From: Malacoraja senta
Lineage: Eukaryota
Reading direction: 5' to 3'
Length of the DNA stretch: 64,000 nucleotides
Assembly: GCA_038087875.1 (NCBI GenBank)
Contig: CM075979.1
Location: 37,448,001 to 37,512,000, forward strand
The notes beneath the pieces were generated by a model. The model made no database searches, had not been told where the DNA came from, and worked only from the letters and a program-made list of their open reading frames with translations. Positions 46,955 through 60,079 of this stretch are shown one piece after another. The position numbers and the translations under genes were made by a program. Every line of letters begins with the position of its first letter. Within the stretch, counting starts at the first letter, position 1.

Positions 46955-47725
46955 CTAGTAACTCACGCAACACATACGTTCTTACCTGTTAAAAACTGCC
47001 AAAATTGTAAATTTTTGCACTGTAAAATATTGTGGAAATAGGGGTAATAGTGAAAACCACCAAAATCACTGCTGCAAACTGACTTGCAAAAGAGCAGCGT
47101 GCCGGCGGATTGAGGACAAGTCCTGGCCCACGATAGCCCGGGGTTGGAGGGTGACTGAGCGCTCTGAACCAAATGTTCTAGTATCTTTGCTCTGAACCTG
47201 AGCACCAAGGTGTAAGCGGCCGAAGGAGCGCATCCCTCGGGACAGCCCCCACACTCCCCCCCCCGGGGTCAGCGCTGTCCGGCCACGGCCGAACCCCGCC
47301 CCGTCTCCCCCGTACGGCCGCACTGTCACGGGCTGTGGGTCGGCAGCGCCCACACACGGGGCCGGGTGGAGCGGGGCAGCAGAGTCAGCTGCAGCAGAGT
47401 TGGGGACAGTCTGGTCTCTCCACCCACGCAGAGTCATTGACTGCACTGCACCGGCACCAGCACCCCAACCACCTGGGCACGTCCCTGTCAGTTGCAGCAG
47501 AGTTGGGGACAGTCTGGTCCCTCCGCCCACCCAGAGTCACTGACCGCGCTGCACCGGCACTCCGACCCCCCCACCGGCACCCCGGCCCCCCCCGAACACC
47601 ACCCGACCACACCCCCCTACCCCCCCCCCCGACCCAGGATCCGCGAGCGTGGAACCAGTCAGCGTGGAGTCCGGATGGTGGGACAGAAGACGGGCCCGCT
47701 GTACTGGCAGCCATAGTAAGTGCTT
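46955..47725 (-). mobile_element. Probable Helitron of a second family (3' end at 46955; 5' end not resolved)
   Basis: Minus strand ends CGTATGTGTTGCGTGAGTTACTAG|T, interpretable as a CpG-decayed hairpin plus CTAG; internal core shared with 17570-18210. Confidence 0.55.
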
Positions 47726-48109
47726 ACCTGACGCTCGCTGCTTGTGCTCCAGAGGTTTGCGTGGCAACAATACGGCTCACAGGTCGTGACCTCGACTGCC
47801 GTGCAACCTCGCTACAATCAGTAATCAGTGAGGAAATAATCAGTTTGGAAAGCTGAATACAGGCCCTCCTCAAATTATGACAGGGATTTGGTTCCTGCGA
47901 ACTGTACGGACCCCAAACAGTTCGCAAATAGGAGATGTCAGTTCCACATGGCAGAAGATGCTTGCAGCCCCACAGCAGTTGGCAATTTCATCCCACCGGT
48001 CTCCCAAATGTATGGACAGTATATAAACATGCATTCATTAACTGGGGAGGACCCATGGAAGCAAACCTAATCAACATGGTTGATTATGTGTAAGAAGGTG
48101 TGTAAGAAG

Positions 48110-48398
48110 TCTTAGAATAAAAGGGGGGCCAGTTAAGGCTGAGGTGAGAAAAAACTTTTTCACCCAAGGAGTTGTGAATTTGTGGTATTCCCTGTCACAG
48201 AGGGCAGTGTAGGCCAAATCACTGGGTGGATTTAAGAGAGAGTTAGATAGAGCTCTAGGGGCTAGTGGAATCAAGGGATATGGGGAGAAGGCAGGCACGG
48301 GTTATTGATTGGGGACGATCAGCCATGATCACAATGAATGGCGGTGCTGGCTCGAAGGGCCGAATGGCCTCCTCCTGCACCTATTTTCTATGTTTCTA
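48110..48398 (+). mobile_element. CR1 3' end
   Basis: Matches the 3' UTR of the CR1 at 16310-16600. Confidence 0.85.
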
Positions 48399-48399
48399 A

Positions 48400-49232
48400 G
48401 GAACTTCAGATGCTGGTTTAAACCAAAGGTAGCCACAAAAAGCTGGAGTAACTCAGCGGGACAGGCAGCATCTCTGGAAAGAAGGAATGGGTGACGTTTT
48501 GGGTCGAGACCTATGCACAAAAGTAACGATGATAAAGGTAACAGGCCATTATAAGCTGTTTGTAGGGTGAAAATGAGAAGCTAGTGTGACTTGGGTGGGG
48601 GAAGGATAGAGAGAGAGGGAATGCTGGGGCTACCTGAAGTGAGAGAATTACAGCCACTAGGCTTTAAGCTGCCCAAGCGAAATATGAGATGCTGTTCCTC
48701 CAATTTGCATTTAGCCTCACTCTGACAATGGAGGAGACCGAGGACAGAAAGGTCTGTGTCGGAATGGGAAGCAGAATTAAAGTGTCCAGCAACCGGGAGA
48801 TCAGGTTGGTTCACACGGGCTGAGCGACGGTGTTCCGCGAAACGATCACCTAGTTCGTTTGGTCTCGCCGATGTATGAGTCCACATCTTGGAGGAACAGC
48901 ATCTTATATTTCGCTTGGGCAGCTTATGGCCCAGTGGTATGAATATTGATTTCTCTCACTTCAGGTAGCTCTCTCTATCCCTCCCCCACCCAAGTCGCTC
49001 TAACTTCTCATTTTCACCCTACAAACAGCTTGTAATGGCCTGTTTCCTTTATCATCGTTACTTTTTTGCATATATTTAATTCAATGTTCTTTATCTCTCC
49101 ACATTACCGTCTATATCTCTTTTCCCTTATCCCTAACCAGTCTAAAGAAGGGTCTCGACCAAAAAAAGAAACCCATTCCTTCTCTCCAGAAATGCTGCTG
49201 ATCCTGCTGAGTTACTCCAGCTTTTTGTGTCT
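48400..49232. mobile_element. Inverted Penelope-like fragments (48400-48890 minus; 48890-49232 plus)
   Basis: GIY-YIG C-terminus LGDRFAEH..LEEQHLIFRLGSL; the LEEQHLIFRLGSL portion and hammerhead-bearing ends are present in both orientations. Confidence 0.82.
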
Positions 49233-49239
49233 ATGGTTT

Positions 49240-52200
49240 TATAAATCATGTTTGACAAATTTGCTCAAATTCTTCCACAATTGTATGACTGCATGTGAAA
49301 CAGAAAATTGATAGAGGGAAACTGGTAGATGTGGTGCATTTTCAAAAAAGCATTTGATAGGAAACTACAAATAAGCTGGTGCATATTGGAGGAAGTGTGT
49401 TAGCATGGATTAAAACCTGGCTGTCACAGATAGTTGGAATTTATAGGCCTTTTTGAGGGTGGTTGGATGTAACTAAGGGAGTGCATCAGTGATCTATTCT
49501 TGGCTCTCTATTTGCATTAATGACCTGGAAGAGGGAACAGAATGTAAAGTTTCCCAATTCAAATCAAGTCAAGAGAGTTTATTGTCATGTGTCCCAGATA
49601 GGACAATGAAATTATTGCTTGCTGCAGCACAACAGAATATAGTAAGCATAAATACAGAACAGTTCAGTGTGTCTATATAGCATAGACCATATATATACAC
49701 ATAAATAAACAGATAAAGTGCAATAGGATGTTATAGTTCAGAGTTTGTTTGATGGCGAGTTTAATAGCCTGATGGCTGTGGGGAAGAAGCTGTTCATGAA
49801 CCTGGATGTACCAGATTTCAGGCTCCTGTACCTTCTACCTGAAGGCAGCGGAGAGATGAGTGTGTGGCCAGGATGGTGTGGGTCTTTGATGATGCAGGCA
49901 GCCTTATTGAGGCAGCGACTGTGACAGATCCCTTCGATGGTGGGGAGGTCAGAGCCGATGATGGACTGGGCAGTGGTCACAACTTTCTGCATTATTTTCT
50001 GCTCCTGGACGCTCGAGTTGCTGAACCAGGCCAGGATGCAACCAGTCAGCATGCTCTCTACTCTGCACCTGTAGAAGTTTGAGAGAGTCCTCTTTGACAT
50101 CTTCTCCGTAATCTTCTCAGGAAGTAGTGGCGCTGATGTGCTTTCTTTATGATTGCTTCAGTATGCTGGGACCAGGAAAGATCTTCGGAAATAAGTATGC
50201 CCAGGAATTTGAAGCTCTTGACCCTTTCCACCATTGTCCTGTTGATATAAACGGGATTGTGGGTCCCTATCCTACCCCTTCCAAAGTCCACAATCAGTTC
50301 CTTGGTTTTGCTGGTGTTGAGCCAGGTTATTGTGCTGGCACCATTTGGTCAATCGGTCGAACTCACTTCTATACTCTGACTCGTCACCGTCAGTGATTCG
50401 TCCCACAACAGTGGTGTCGTCGATGAACTTGATGATGGAGTTCGCACTATGACCGGCTACGCAGTCATGAGTATAGAGTGAGTAAAGCAGGGGGCTGAGC
50501 ATGCAGCCTTGAGGTGCTCCCGTGCTGATTGTTATCGATGATGACACATTTCCATCAATACGGACAGACTGTGGTCTGTGGATGAGGGAGTCGAGGATCC
50601 AATTGCAGAGGGATGCGCAGAGACCCAGTTCTGAGAGCTTGGTAACCAGCTTGGAGGGGATGATCGTATTAAACTCCGAGCTGTAGTCAATGAATAACAG
50701 CCTGACATGAATTTTTGTTGTCCAAGTGGTACAGAGCGGAGTGGAGAGGCAGTGAGATCGCATCCACCGTTGATCTGTTGTGGTGGTAAGCGAACTGCAG
50801 TGGGTCGAGGTTCTTGTCGAGGTAGGAGTTGATATGCGCCATAATCAACCTCTCAAAGCACTTCATCACCATAGACGTTAGTGCCGCTGGTCGATAGTCA
50901 TTGAGGCACGTCACCTTGCTCTTCTTGGGCACCGGTATTATTGATGCCCTTTTAAAGCAGGTAGGAACCTCAGACCTCGGAAATGAGAGGTTGAAAATGT
51001 CTGTAAAAACTCCAGCCTGTTGGACTGCACAGGTTTTTAGAACACGACTGGGTATGCCATCAGTTCCAGGCGCTTTCCGATGGTTCTTCTGAAGGATCTT
51101 CTGACGGATCTGTGATTATGACTGAAATACCATCACGGCGAATAGGGGCTCAGGAAGGCACATCAGTGTTCTCCCTTTCAAAGAGTGCGTAAAACACATT
51201 GAGCTCGTCAGGGAGTGATGCTTTGCTGATAATTAAGCTGCCTCCTGATTTCGCCTTGTAGGAGGTGATGGCATTCAAGCCCTGCCACAGTTGCCGAACA
51301 TCCGTCTCATCCTCCAGCTTGGAGCAGAAGTCCCTTTTGGCTTTTTGATGGCCTTACCAAGGTTGTATCTGGACTTCTTGTAGACCTCTGTATCTCCAGA
51401 CCTGAATGCCCGGGATCTGGACTTCAGAAGAGTGCGGATTTCATGGTTCATACAAGGCTTCTGGTTAGGAAACACTCTGAAGGTTTTTTTGGGGATGCAT
51501 TCCTCCACACATTTCTTTATGAAGTCTGTAACGTCTGTGCCGTATTCATTCAGGTCCTTTGCCGAGTCCCTGAACATTGCCCTGTCTACAGACGGCAAAC
51601 AATCCTGGAGTTGTTCCTCTGCCCCCCACCCCCGACCAATTCTGTACAGTCCTCACTCACCTCTGGGGGTGCTCTCTTCAATTGCTGCCTGTAGGCAGGA
51701 AGAAGCAGCACCGCAGAATGGTCGGATTTATCAAAGTGACGGCAAGGGATAGAGCGATAGGCATCTTTGATGGTCGTGTAGCAGTGGTCGAGGGTATTTG
51801 ATCCTCTGGTGCTCCAGGAGACATGTTGGTGGAAGTTAAGCAGCGATTTCTTAAGTTTGGCTTTGTTGAAGTCCCCGGCTATGGTGGTAAATGCCTCGGG
51901 GTAAGCCGTCTGGTGCTTGTTGACATGGCGTGCAGCTCCCCCAGTGCCAGATGAACATCAGCCTGGGGTGGGATGTAGACCGTGGTCAGAATGATAGAAG
52001 TGAATTCCCTCGGTAGGTGGAAGAGACGGCACTTCACAGCCAGGTGTTCCAGTTGTGGAGAGCAGGAGTTGGGTAGGACTGCCACGTCTGAGCACCACAC
52101 AATTTTGGTATCAATTTGCCAATGATACAAAAAAATGTGGAAGGATGTATTGTGATGAGGGCAATGTGGTTCTGCAACAGCATGTAGATAGAATGAACAT

Positions 52201-52980
52201 TTGGGCAAAAACCTGGCAAATAGAGTTTATTGTGGGGAATTGCAAAGTCATGCACTTCACTCAAAGGATTTTTTTTTTAAAGGGTTTATTATCTAAATGA
52301 TCTAAATTTGTTATCTAAATGAAGAGAGACAGAAAATGAATGAAGGCAAATGGGATCTAGGTGGGTGCATGAATCGAAAGGTTCAGGCAGGTCCAACAAG
52401 TTGTTAAGAAAGCAGGTTGGCTTTTATTGGAAGACCGTTGAAGTTTAAGAATATGGAGGTTTTGTTACAGTTATATTGTTTCGGGTCAAGTGCCTTCTGA
52501 TTGTGGGCAGGGGGCGGCAGAAGAAAGCTCGAAAAGGGGAGAGAAGAAGGTTGGGAGAAGAAAGTTGGCCTATCAAGATCGCCCAGACAGTTTGTCTTTG
52601 TATTCCTTGGAGTTTGGAAGAATGAGGGTCATCTTATTCAACCATATAATATCCTAAAGGGGCGTAAAAGGGTAGATGTTGAGATGTTTCCACAAGGGGA
52701 CATAGCTACAACATAAGGGACCAGTCATTTAAACCCAAGGTGTGTTGAAATTTCTTCTCCCAGGGTGGTGAATCTCAGGAATTCACTGGCCCCGCGGGTA
52801 GTGGTGGCCAGAGCATTTGATATACTTATGGTGGATATAGATAACTATCTGAAAAATCATGGAATTGAAAGTTAATGGGAACTGACAGAAGATGAGTTGA
52901 AGCCAACATAGATCAGCCATTATATTGAATGACAGAGCAGGGTTGAGGAGCCAAGTGGCCTATGCTTGTTCATATTTTCG
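49240..52980 (+). mobile_element. Old decayed CR1, split by a Rex1-like LINE (pieces 49240-49557 and 52098-52980)
   Basis: SCLTNLLKFF, INDLEEGTECKVSQF | FANDTK: the CR1 motif continues across the insertion. Confidence 0.7.
49558..52097 (-). mobile_element. Rex1/Babar-like LINE, same family as 41390-44252
   Basis: Collinear APE and RT peptides ([24 protein letters not shown]); CTTGA tail. Confidence 0.88.
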
Positions 52981-53192
52981 TGTATTCACTGGAGTCTGCA
53001 CCGTACCTCCTTTCAGCTCAGGAATTTCATTTGGTGCTCATCCTACGCAGGTTAACACAGTCACAGGGAGAACAGGCGAATTCAATGCTAGCACATCAGA
53101 ATCCAGGTTGTTGAAACTGATAGTGCAGTAAAGCTTTGGACAAATCTCATGTTATGGAGAATAAAATTTGGGAGCCAGTCATGCATATGTTA

Positions 53193-53996
53193 TTTATATA
53201 ATTAAAAGTCTAAACTTGACCACATCCTGTTTGCACTGTATATTGATTTTAGAAAAAACACGATCACTTACGGCTGTGATTTTTGGCCACCTTACTCAGA
53301 GTCCCCCTCCAGCTGTCAGGGCCAGATGATTTTTCCCATCGATGAAAAATAAAAGACTTATTCATGTTTAAAAACTGTTGAGATTCTCTCTCCTGTCAAT
53401 CACACCATGAATGCCACACCCCTTCCGGTGGGAGGGGGAGGAGCTATAAAACCCGGAAGTGTGGGCGTTGCTCAGTCTCTGCAAGATGGGAGGGAGAGGG
53501 TCACAACTCTCAGTCTGAGCAGGAAATCTACAGAACTCTGAGAATACTGACCTGTGAGTGCCCTTTATGTGTTTTTAAACTGCCTTTTGCAACTGTGTGG
53601 CTATTGAAATGTGTGCCTTTTGCAACTGTAAAAAAAGATGAAAATGTCTAAAATTGATTGTGCACCCTCTCCCCCTTCTCTCACAGTCTCTCACCCGATT
53701 TTGGCAGAATTACTGGCAGTTTCTGAGCTGCCAGCCTGCCAGGCTTGAGTTACTGAGCTGCCAGGCCTGAGTGAGTTGCCAGCCCAAGAATCCATTCGGC
53801 CCACAATGTCCATACTAGCCCTCTGAAAAAACAGTCCCTTCGGCCTACAACACCTATGCTAGCACTCCAGAAAGTCCCCCCCCCCCCCCCACAACACTGG
53901 CCAGCAATCTTGGAATTGGTGGAGAGGTGGAATATTGTGTTGGGGGGCCAGCCCTCCTGTGTGAAACTGGGACCCAACGGGTCCCACTTAGTCTAG
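53193..53996 (+). mobile_element. Non-autonomous Helitron (simple form of 393-2515)
   Basis: A|TTTATATAATTAAAAGTC start (TC>TT); TGGGACCCAACGGGTCCCA hairpin; CTTAGTCTAG|T end; AT target. Confidence 0.85.
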
Positions 53997-54451
53997 TAAT
54001 AGTTAAATTGCAAGATACAATAGAATGATCAAGGGTTTTACCAGTTGATGAACTGAGGCAGGGAAGGCTCTGACAGTTTGATGGAACTGGAAAAATTAAT
54101 TAACTTGGAAGTAATTGATAATCCCTTTCAATACCGTCCACTGCAGACTTGAACATTCTGCAAATTGCATACAATTCACTTTTAGTTCCTGCAAAGAGAA
54201 ATGCATGTGATCAGTGTCACTTTGTGTATATCGTAGGTATGAACCAGCTTCTGCAGTTCATTTCTGCACCTATCTATTTGGCAAGTAATGTTCACACTAC
54301 TAAATTTTCCGTCATCAGCAGCATTCTCCCAACTCCCACCCCTCCCTATAAGAGTTCTGGGAGTCATCATTGACTGGAAACTCAAGTGTGAACTGGCACA
54401 AAAGCATGTTAGAGTTTTAATACCTTGTGGTGAATTAATCAGTCCTCACAC

Positions 54452-54870
54452 CATAATAAGACCATAAGACATAGGAACCGAATTAGGCTATTCAGCTGAA
54501 ATGAGTCTACTCCACCATTTAATCATTGCTGATCTATATTTCCATCTCATCCCCATTCTTCTGCCTTCTCATCATTCACACCCATCCATTCACCAACCAT
54601 AACTCCAACAACAAACGAGAACCTCAACAATATTCAGGTTAAAGCAGCCTATTGGATTAGCATCCGTGCATAGCCATTACACCTATGATAACTAAGATCA
54701 TACTGTAAGTGATAGGAGCAGAAATAGGCCATTTGGCCCATCAAGTCTAATCCACCATTCAATCATGGCTGATCTATCCCTCCCTCCTAACCCCATTGTC
54801 TTGCCTTCTCCCCAGAACCCCTGCACCCGTACAAATCAAGAATCTGTCTATCTCTGATTTAAAAATATCC
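54452..54870 (-). mobile_element. Two CR1 3'-end fragments (54452-54575 and 54695-54870)
   Basis: ataggagcagaa..ggccatt..ccattcaatcatggctgatc; (CCATAAGA) tail. Confidence 0.7.
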
Positions 54871-55224
54871 ATGGTATATCCAAAATATCCATCCAACTGT
54901 TTATATTGCAGCTATTTGTCAAGGCTACACTGACAAACCCGTACCCATCACGGCTTAGAGTGAAAAGCACAGGTACAGGTATTACCTGCAGCTGGCCCTT
55001 CAAGATGCGCACCATCCTTATTTGGAAACAAATCAATCTTCCTTGCTTGTCGACAAAGGTAAATGCTGGAACTCCATACCCGATAGTATTGAGGAGTCCA
55101 GAAAGACGGCATAAGTGTACTGTGGATAACATCACTTCAAAGGCAATATGGCAAGCTTAATAAATATATTTTGCATTGATGTCTATTCACCTGTGCATTT
55201 GAAGATAGACTATTAGTAAGATTG

Positions 55225-55420
55225 TGTAAGAAAGAACTGCAGATGCTGGTTTAAATCGAAGGTAGACGCAAAATGCTGGAGTAACTCAGTGGGACAGGCA
55301 GCATCTCTGGAGAGAAGGAATGGGTGACTGTCTGAAGAAGGGTCTCGACCCGACACATCACCCATTCCTTCTCTCCAGAGATGCTGCCTGTCCCGCTGAG
55401 TTACTCCAGCATTTTGCGTT
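55225..55420. mobile_element. Inverted Penelope terminal fragments (hairpin)
   Basis: aaatgctggagtaactcag..gggtgac joined to tgtctgaagaagggtctcgaccc..gagttactccagcatttt. Confidence 0.8.
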
Positions 55421-55733
55421 TATTAGTAAGAGTGTTAAACTCTTGTACCGAACTGTTGCATGTAATTAATTTTACCCTGATTGCAATATATATTTATTTA
55501 ACAGATGTTTGAACCTATTTGCTCACTAATATGGTGGATGCATTTTGTGCCATAACTACATCAGTCATCACTTTGGTACAAATTTAGCAAGTGTCAAGGA
55601 GCCAAATATTGCAAGTAACAAATTGATGTAACGCATGTAACATATCTGACCTAACAGATGATTCTAGAAGTGGGTAAGTTTCCCTGTTTAGTTTTCTGAG
55701 ATTCATGAGCTCGATGCTGCATAAGGATGTTGA

Positions 55734-56000
55734 TAGAAACATAGAAAAATAGGTGCAGGAGGTGGCCATTCGGCCCTTTGAGTCAACACTGCCATTCAAT
55801 ATGATCATGGCTGATCACCTAAAATCAGTACCCCGTTCCTGCTTTTCCCCCACATCCTTTAGCCCTAAAAGCTAAGTCTAACTCTCTCTTGAAACCTTCT
55901 CTGGGTGAAGAAGTTTTTCCTCATCCCAATCCTAAATGGTCGACCCCTTATTCTTAAACTGTGATCCCTGGTTCTGGATTCCCCCAATATCGGGAACATT
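55734..56000 (-). mobile_element. CR1 3' end with internal deletion
   Basis: atagaaacatagaaaataggtgcaggag tail and 3' UTR. Confidence 0.8.
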
Positions 56001-56939
56001 GGCGTCAGACAACTCATGGCACCAGTCTGACTTTATAATAATTGAATTTATGACTTTGCAAAGTAGTTTTCTGTCCAGCATCTGTTATAGAATTTTGCAC
56101 TCACTGTTGCCTTGCCAAACCTAGTTAAAATGATCCCTGTTTTTATATTAGGTGTTGCCAAGAAAAGCACATTTTATAACATGATGGTGTGTGTTGTCTT
56201 CTGGATCAATGTAAAAAGCTGAAGGTATTTGAACACTAAATGATTGGAGAAGATGATTTGCCAGTTTAACTTTTAACTTGAATTTATTTCTACTGTGTTG
56301 TTCAGAATCAACAAATGCACAGCCTGATCGTTCGACATTTGGGCCAACATTTTGGTGTCTTTTTCAAAATATTTATTTTTGTGTTTTTCTTTAAGGTTTT
56401 AATTTACTTCTCTTGAAAGTAACAGTTAAGTCATCTTTCTCTCAAACACTCAATCAGATCAAAACAAGACAATAGAATCAAATTGCCTTCATGCTAGCAG
56501 TTCCATACAATGTAAATCCATACATGTGTGATTTAGAAAAAAGAAGATTGAAAGAGCTTTTACAAGAATAGTTAAGAAGATAATAAGTAGTGGATTAGAC
56601 ATGTAATGAGTGCAAAGCTGGTATTGTCCCATACGTATCAGAGAAGGACTATGAGTGTTAGATTGTGATAGTGGATTGATATTGGATGTGTGTACTTAGT
56701 AAGAGTAGGCATCTGTTGACTTCAACTCTAGCATAACAACAACAATGTTAATAATGCAAATTGGGTCCAACTAATGTAATGTATTATAAGAAGCCTCGTA
56801 ATCATCAGCATACACACTTTCCCCCACCCATGCCATTTAAAGAAATCCTAATGACTTTTAAATATGTTGCGAATTGAATTGGAAATCAAAAGAACTGCAT
56901 TCTTTATTGGGATGTGGAACAGGAGAATTGAAATCATGG

Positions 56940-57240
56940 CAACCAGTCAGAAGAGTCAAGAAGAGGTGGAGAGGTATCTGCCCAGTAGGACTTGTCTATA
57001 GACTTCATCAACAGGCATAAGAGAGTAGTAACTCAGTGAATGTATGACTGAAGAGCAAGAGCTTGAAAAACTGCTCCACAAAGAGGTAGTGACAATGACA
57101 TCCCATATCTTGCTATCCCAGCAACTGCAGAGCCGTTAGCCAGGAATATTCTTATGAAAGTAAAGGCCACAACTATCCAAATTCTTTTCACCTCAGGATC
57201 ATTCCACATAATGCAAGTAATTCCAGCAATATGCCAAAGA
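56940..57240 (+). mobile_element. Ancient Harbinger transposase N-terminal fossil
   Basis: MTEEQELEKLLHKEVV and MKVKATTIQILFTSGSF resemble Harbinger/HARBI1-type M.EEQCLRRLR..KEVV and VKVT.ALNFFASGSFQ. Confidence 0.55.
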
Positions 57241-58374
57241 CCCAAAGACCCATGATCAGCTTTACGATAAGTGTAGAACACAAAGCGATGGAGTAACTCA
57301 GCAAAGGAGGAAGATGACTGAACTTTATTGCCTTCCATCACAGTGAGGAATGTTGATTCCACTGTGATGGATGTTTATGTTAAATTTATTTTATGTGTGT
57401 ATTGTGTTCTTTTCACTTAGTATGACTGTATGTAAATCAAATTTCACTGTACCTTAATTAATTAAGTGACAATAAATGCGAACTTGAACTTGATCAGGCA
57501 GCATCTCTGGAGGACATGGATAGGTGACGTTTTGGGTCAGGACCTTCTTGTGTTTACTCAATGTGACTGCAGCGAGATGCATTTAACCTCTCTCATTTAT
57601 TATTTCCCTGTGCCAATTTTTCCCTCCTGAAACAGTTATAGAGTTAATATTTTGCTTTTTGATGTTGCAGTGTGAATTATTTTTTATCGTTAAGCTTTTG
57701 ACAACTTTATATAGATGACAGCTGCTTTGATAATTTCTCATAATAATTTTGCTTAGGAGTGGGATGGTGTAATTCATTCTGTTTCCTCTGTGAAGGAAAT
57801 TGCATTTTGTAATGTGAAGTTAAAGTGTACTTCAACTGATAATTAATCTTTGGTAACTGTTGTTCCATGCTTTGGCAGTTTTATATGTTTTCTAGAGTTA
57901 ATGCTAACCGATTATTTCTATTTAAATAAAGCTACTACACACTTTATTGCCGACAACATTTAACAAACTACATCTTTCACTCCATTCAACTGAGGCATCC
58001 TGCCTTAATAGCACGGAGGGGAGAAGATGGATTTAACAATTGCAGTGCTATTAACTTTAGCCCTGAGATGCATTTATTCTGCATTGGTAAGAGATGAACA
58101 CATTAAAATATTTAGTTCAAAGTATTTACTTGCACTTCTAACACAATTTTCTTTTAATGCAGATGGACTACAAGAATTCAACTTTAAAAGGTCTGTTTCT
58201 CGTGTTAATTTTTCCTACTGTCAAATTTGAAAGCAGAACTAACACTATATTTACATGAATTCAAAAATGAAGGCAAAAGAAGATGGAAAGTTACAATTAA
58301 TTAGACATTGGCCACTTGACATCTACAATCTAGGAATGTTTATTTTTACCTGGTTGCTGCTTAATCCACATCCA

Positions 58375-59040
58375 CTCCACCCTCTCCGGAGACTAAGAAA
58401 AGCAGGTCTCCCTACTGTTCATCAAAGGACCTTTTACAGGGGCACAATCAAGAGTATATTGACCTACGGCATCACTTCCTGGTTTGGGAGCTGCAAGGCT
58501 TATGAGCAAAACCAACAACAGGATAGTGAAGACAGCCAGTAGGATCATTGGTGCCCCACTCCCTTTCCTGTTGGAGATCCATCAGAAGCGGAGCATCAGC
58601 AGAGCCATCTCCATTATTAAGGACCCCTATCATCCATCACACCACATCTTCTCCATTCTGCCATCTGGGAAGAGGTACAGGAGCATCAGCTGCAAAACCA
58701 GCAGGATGCTACACAGCTTCTTCCCACAGGCAATAAGACTGGTTAACGGACTGTGTCCCCTCCCCATATATCATACACCAACACATCTAACCTCGCCCAT
58801 ACTTTGACAGCTAGGCACCTGTCAAAGCAAAGCCACCGTTCGGTCTGAATGCCTGTTTTTATTTCAATTATTAGGCCTATTTTAGATATGGTAATTTTAA
58901 TTTTTAAAGCTATATGTATTCTGTTTTTATTAATTGCACTGACGGGAACTGATTGAGAAACAATTTTTCGTTTCATCCGTGTATGTAAGTACTCAGTTAA
59001 AATGACATTAAAGTAAATACTGAATACTGATACTGAATAC
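58375..59040 (+). mobile_element. Rex1-like LINE 3' fragment
   Basis: LRRLRKAGL..FYRGTIKSILTYGITSWFG, LPSGKRYRS; TACTGA-repeat tail. Confidence 0.8.
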
Positions 59041-59430
59041 TCTGCAGAATGTTCTATGCCTTCTAAAGTTACCACAAAATAAGCATTCTTATTGGCAGAA
59101 GCTCAGCTTGCTAAGATGGTGGAGTTTGTATATTGGGGGTGCTAGTTTACATAGTGAGTGGTAGATTGTCTTCTCATACTCATGCTTACTTTATTAGCCA
59201 AGTATGTTTTGCAACATACGAGGAATGTGATTTGCCATACAGCCTAAGGCTGTGGGCCGAGCATCAAAAATGTGTCTAGAAATAGATTTTCGTGACCCAC
59301 GTCACCGAACTACATGAAATTTTCCACAGATTTAGATGAAATATAATTGGGAAGGATGTCATAACTCGTCATTGCCAAAATATGCACATTAATTAATTAA
59401 ACTAATTAGAAAATAAGATCGGGAAAGTAA

Positions 59431-59445
59431 GCGCCATCTAGTGGC
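59431..59445 (-). promoter_or_regulatory. Strong CTCF consensus motif
   Basis: GCGCCATCTAGTGGC is the reverse complement of GCCACTAGATGGCGC. Confidence 0.55.
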
Positions 59446-60079
59446 CAATGCCCATATTACACCATGGGCAGCCTATTTCCGTGTTGCAGTCCATTTAAAC
59501 TATATATGATTTTACCTATATATATATATGACTTGTAAATATGACTGTAATCATATATAATTAAGTATAACTATTATATAAAAATAATATGATGAATATA
59601 ATTGTGAGTGTTTTTTTAATGACACTGTCACAGAGGTCCTGCTCCTGAACCAGCCTAATTAATGGGTGAGGGCAGTTCTTGTGGGTTCCTCCCTTTACTG
59701 AACCCCACTGACTGCCAGTGTGCAGAGTGGGGGTCACGGCCATAGTGGGACTGGGGCAGTTCCAGGCTGGGGCACAGTCCTGCAAGGCATCTTCCAGTCG
59801 CTTTAATAGGAAATGTAATGAGACTGCAGCAGAGCTCCCAGATTTTAAGGGCTCATGAACCTGCCTAATTAAAGGGTCAGGACAGATCCTCTGGGTTCCC
59901 CCTTTTACTGAACCCCACTGACTGCCATAGTGGGGAGAGTGGGGTTAACGGCCATAGTGGGACTGGGGCAGTGCTAGGCTGGGTGGCGGACCTGTAAGAG
60001 ACCTGTCTTATTTCTGATGTAAATGTCACATCCTAACCAAGAATTGAATGCTCTGAAGTTTACTACAATGACCCTATAT

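Noticed and set aside
56152-56224. AG/GT-bounded candidate exon
   Set aside because: Stops in all three frames and no independent evidence; at most a UTR exon
57033-57362. Hydrophobic minus-strand ORF resembling a small membrane protein
   Set aside because: Antisense of a Harbinger transposase fossil, and it starts inside LINE/PLE fragments
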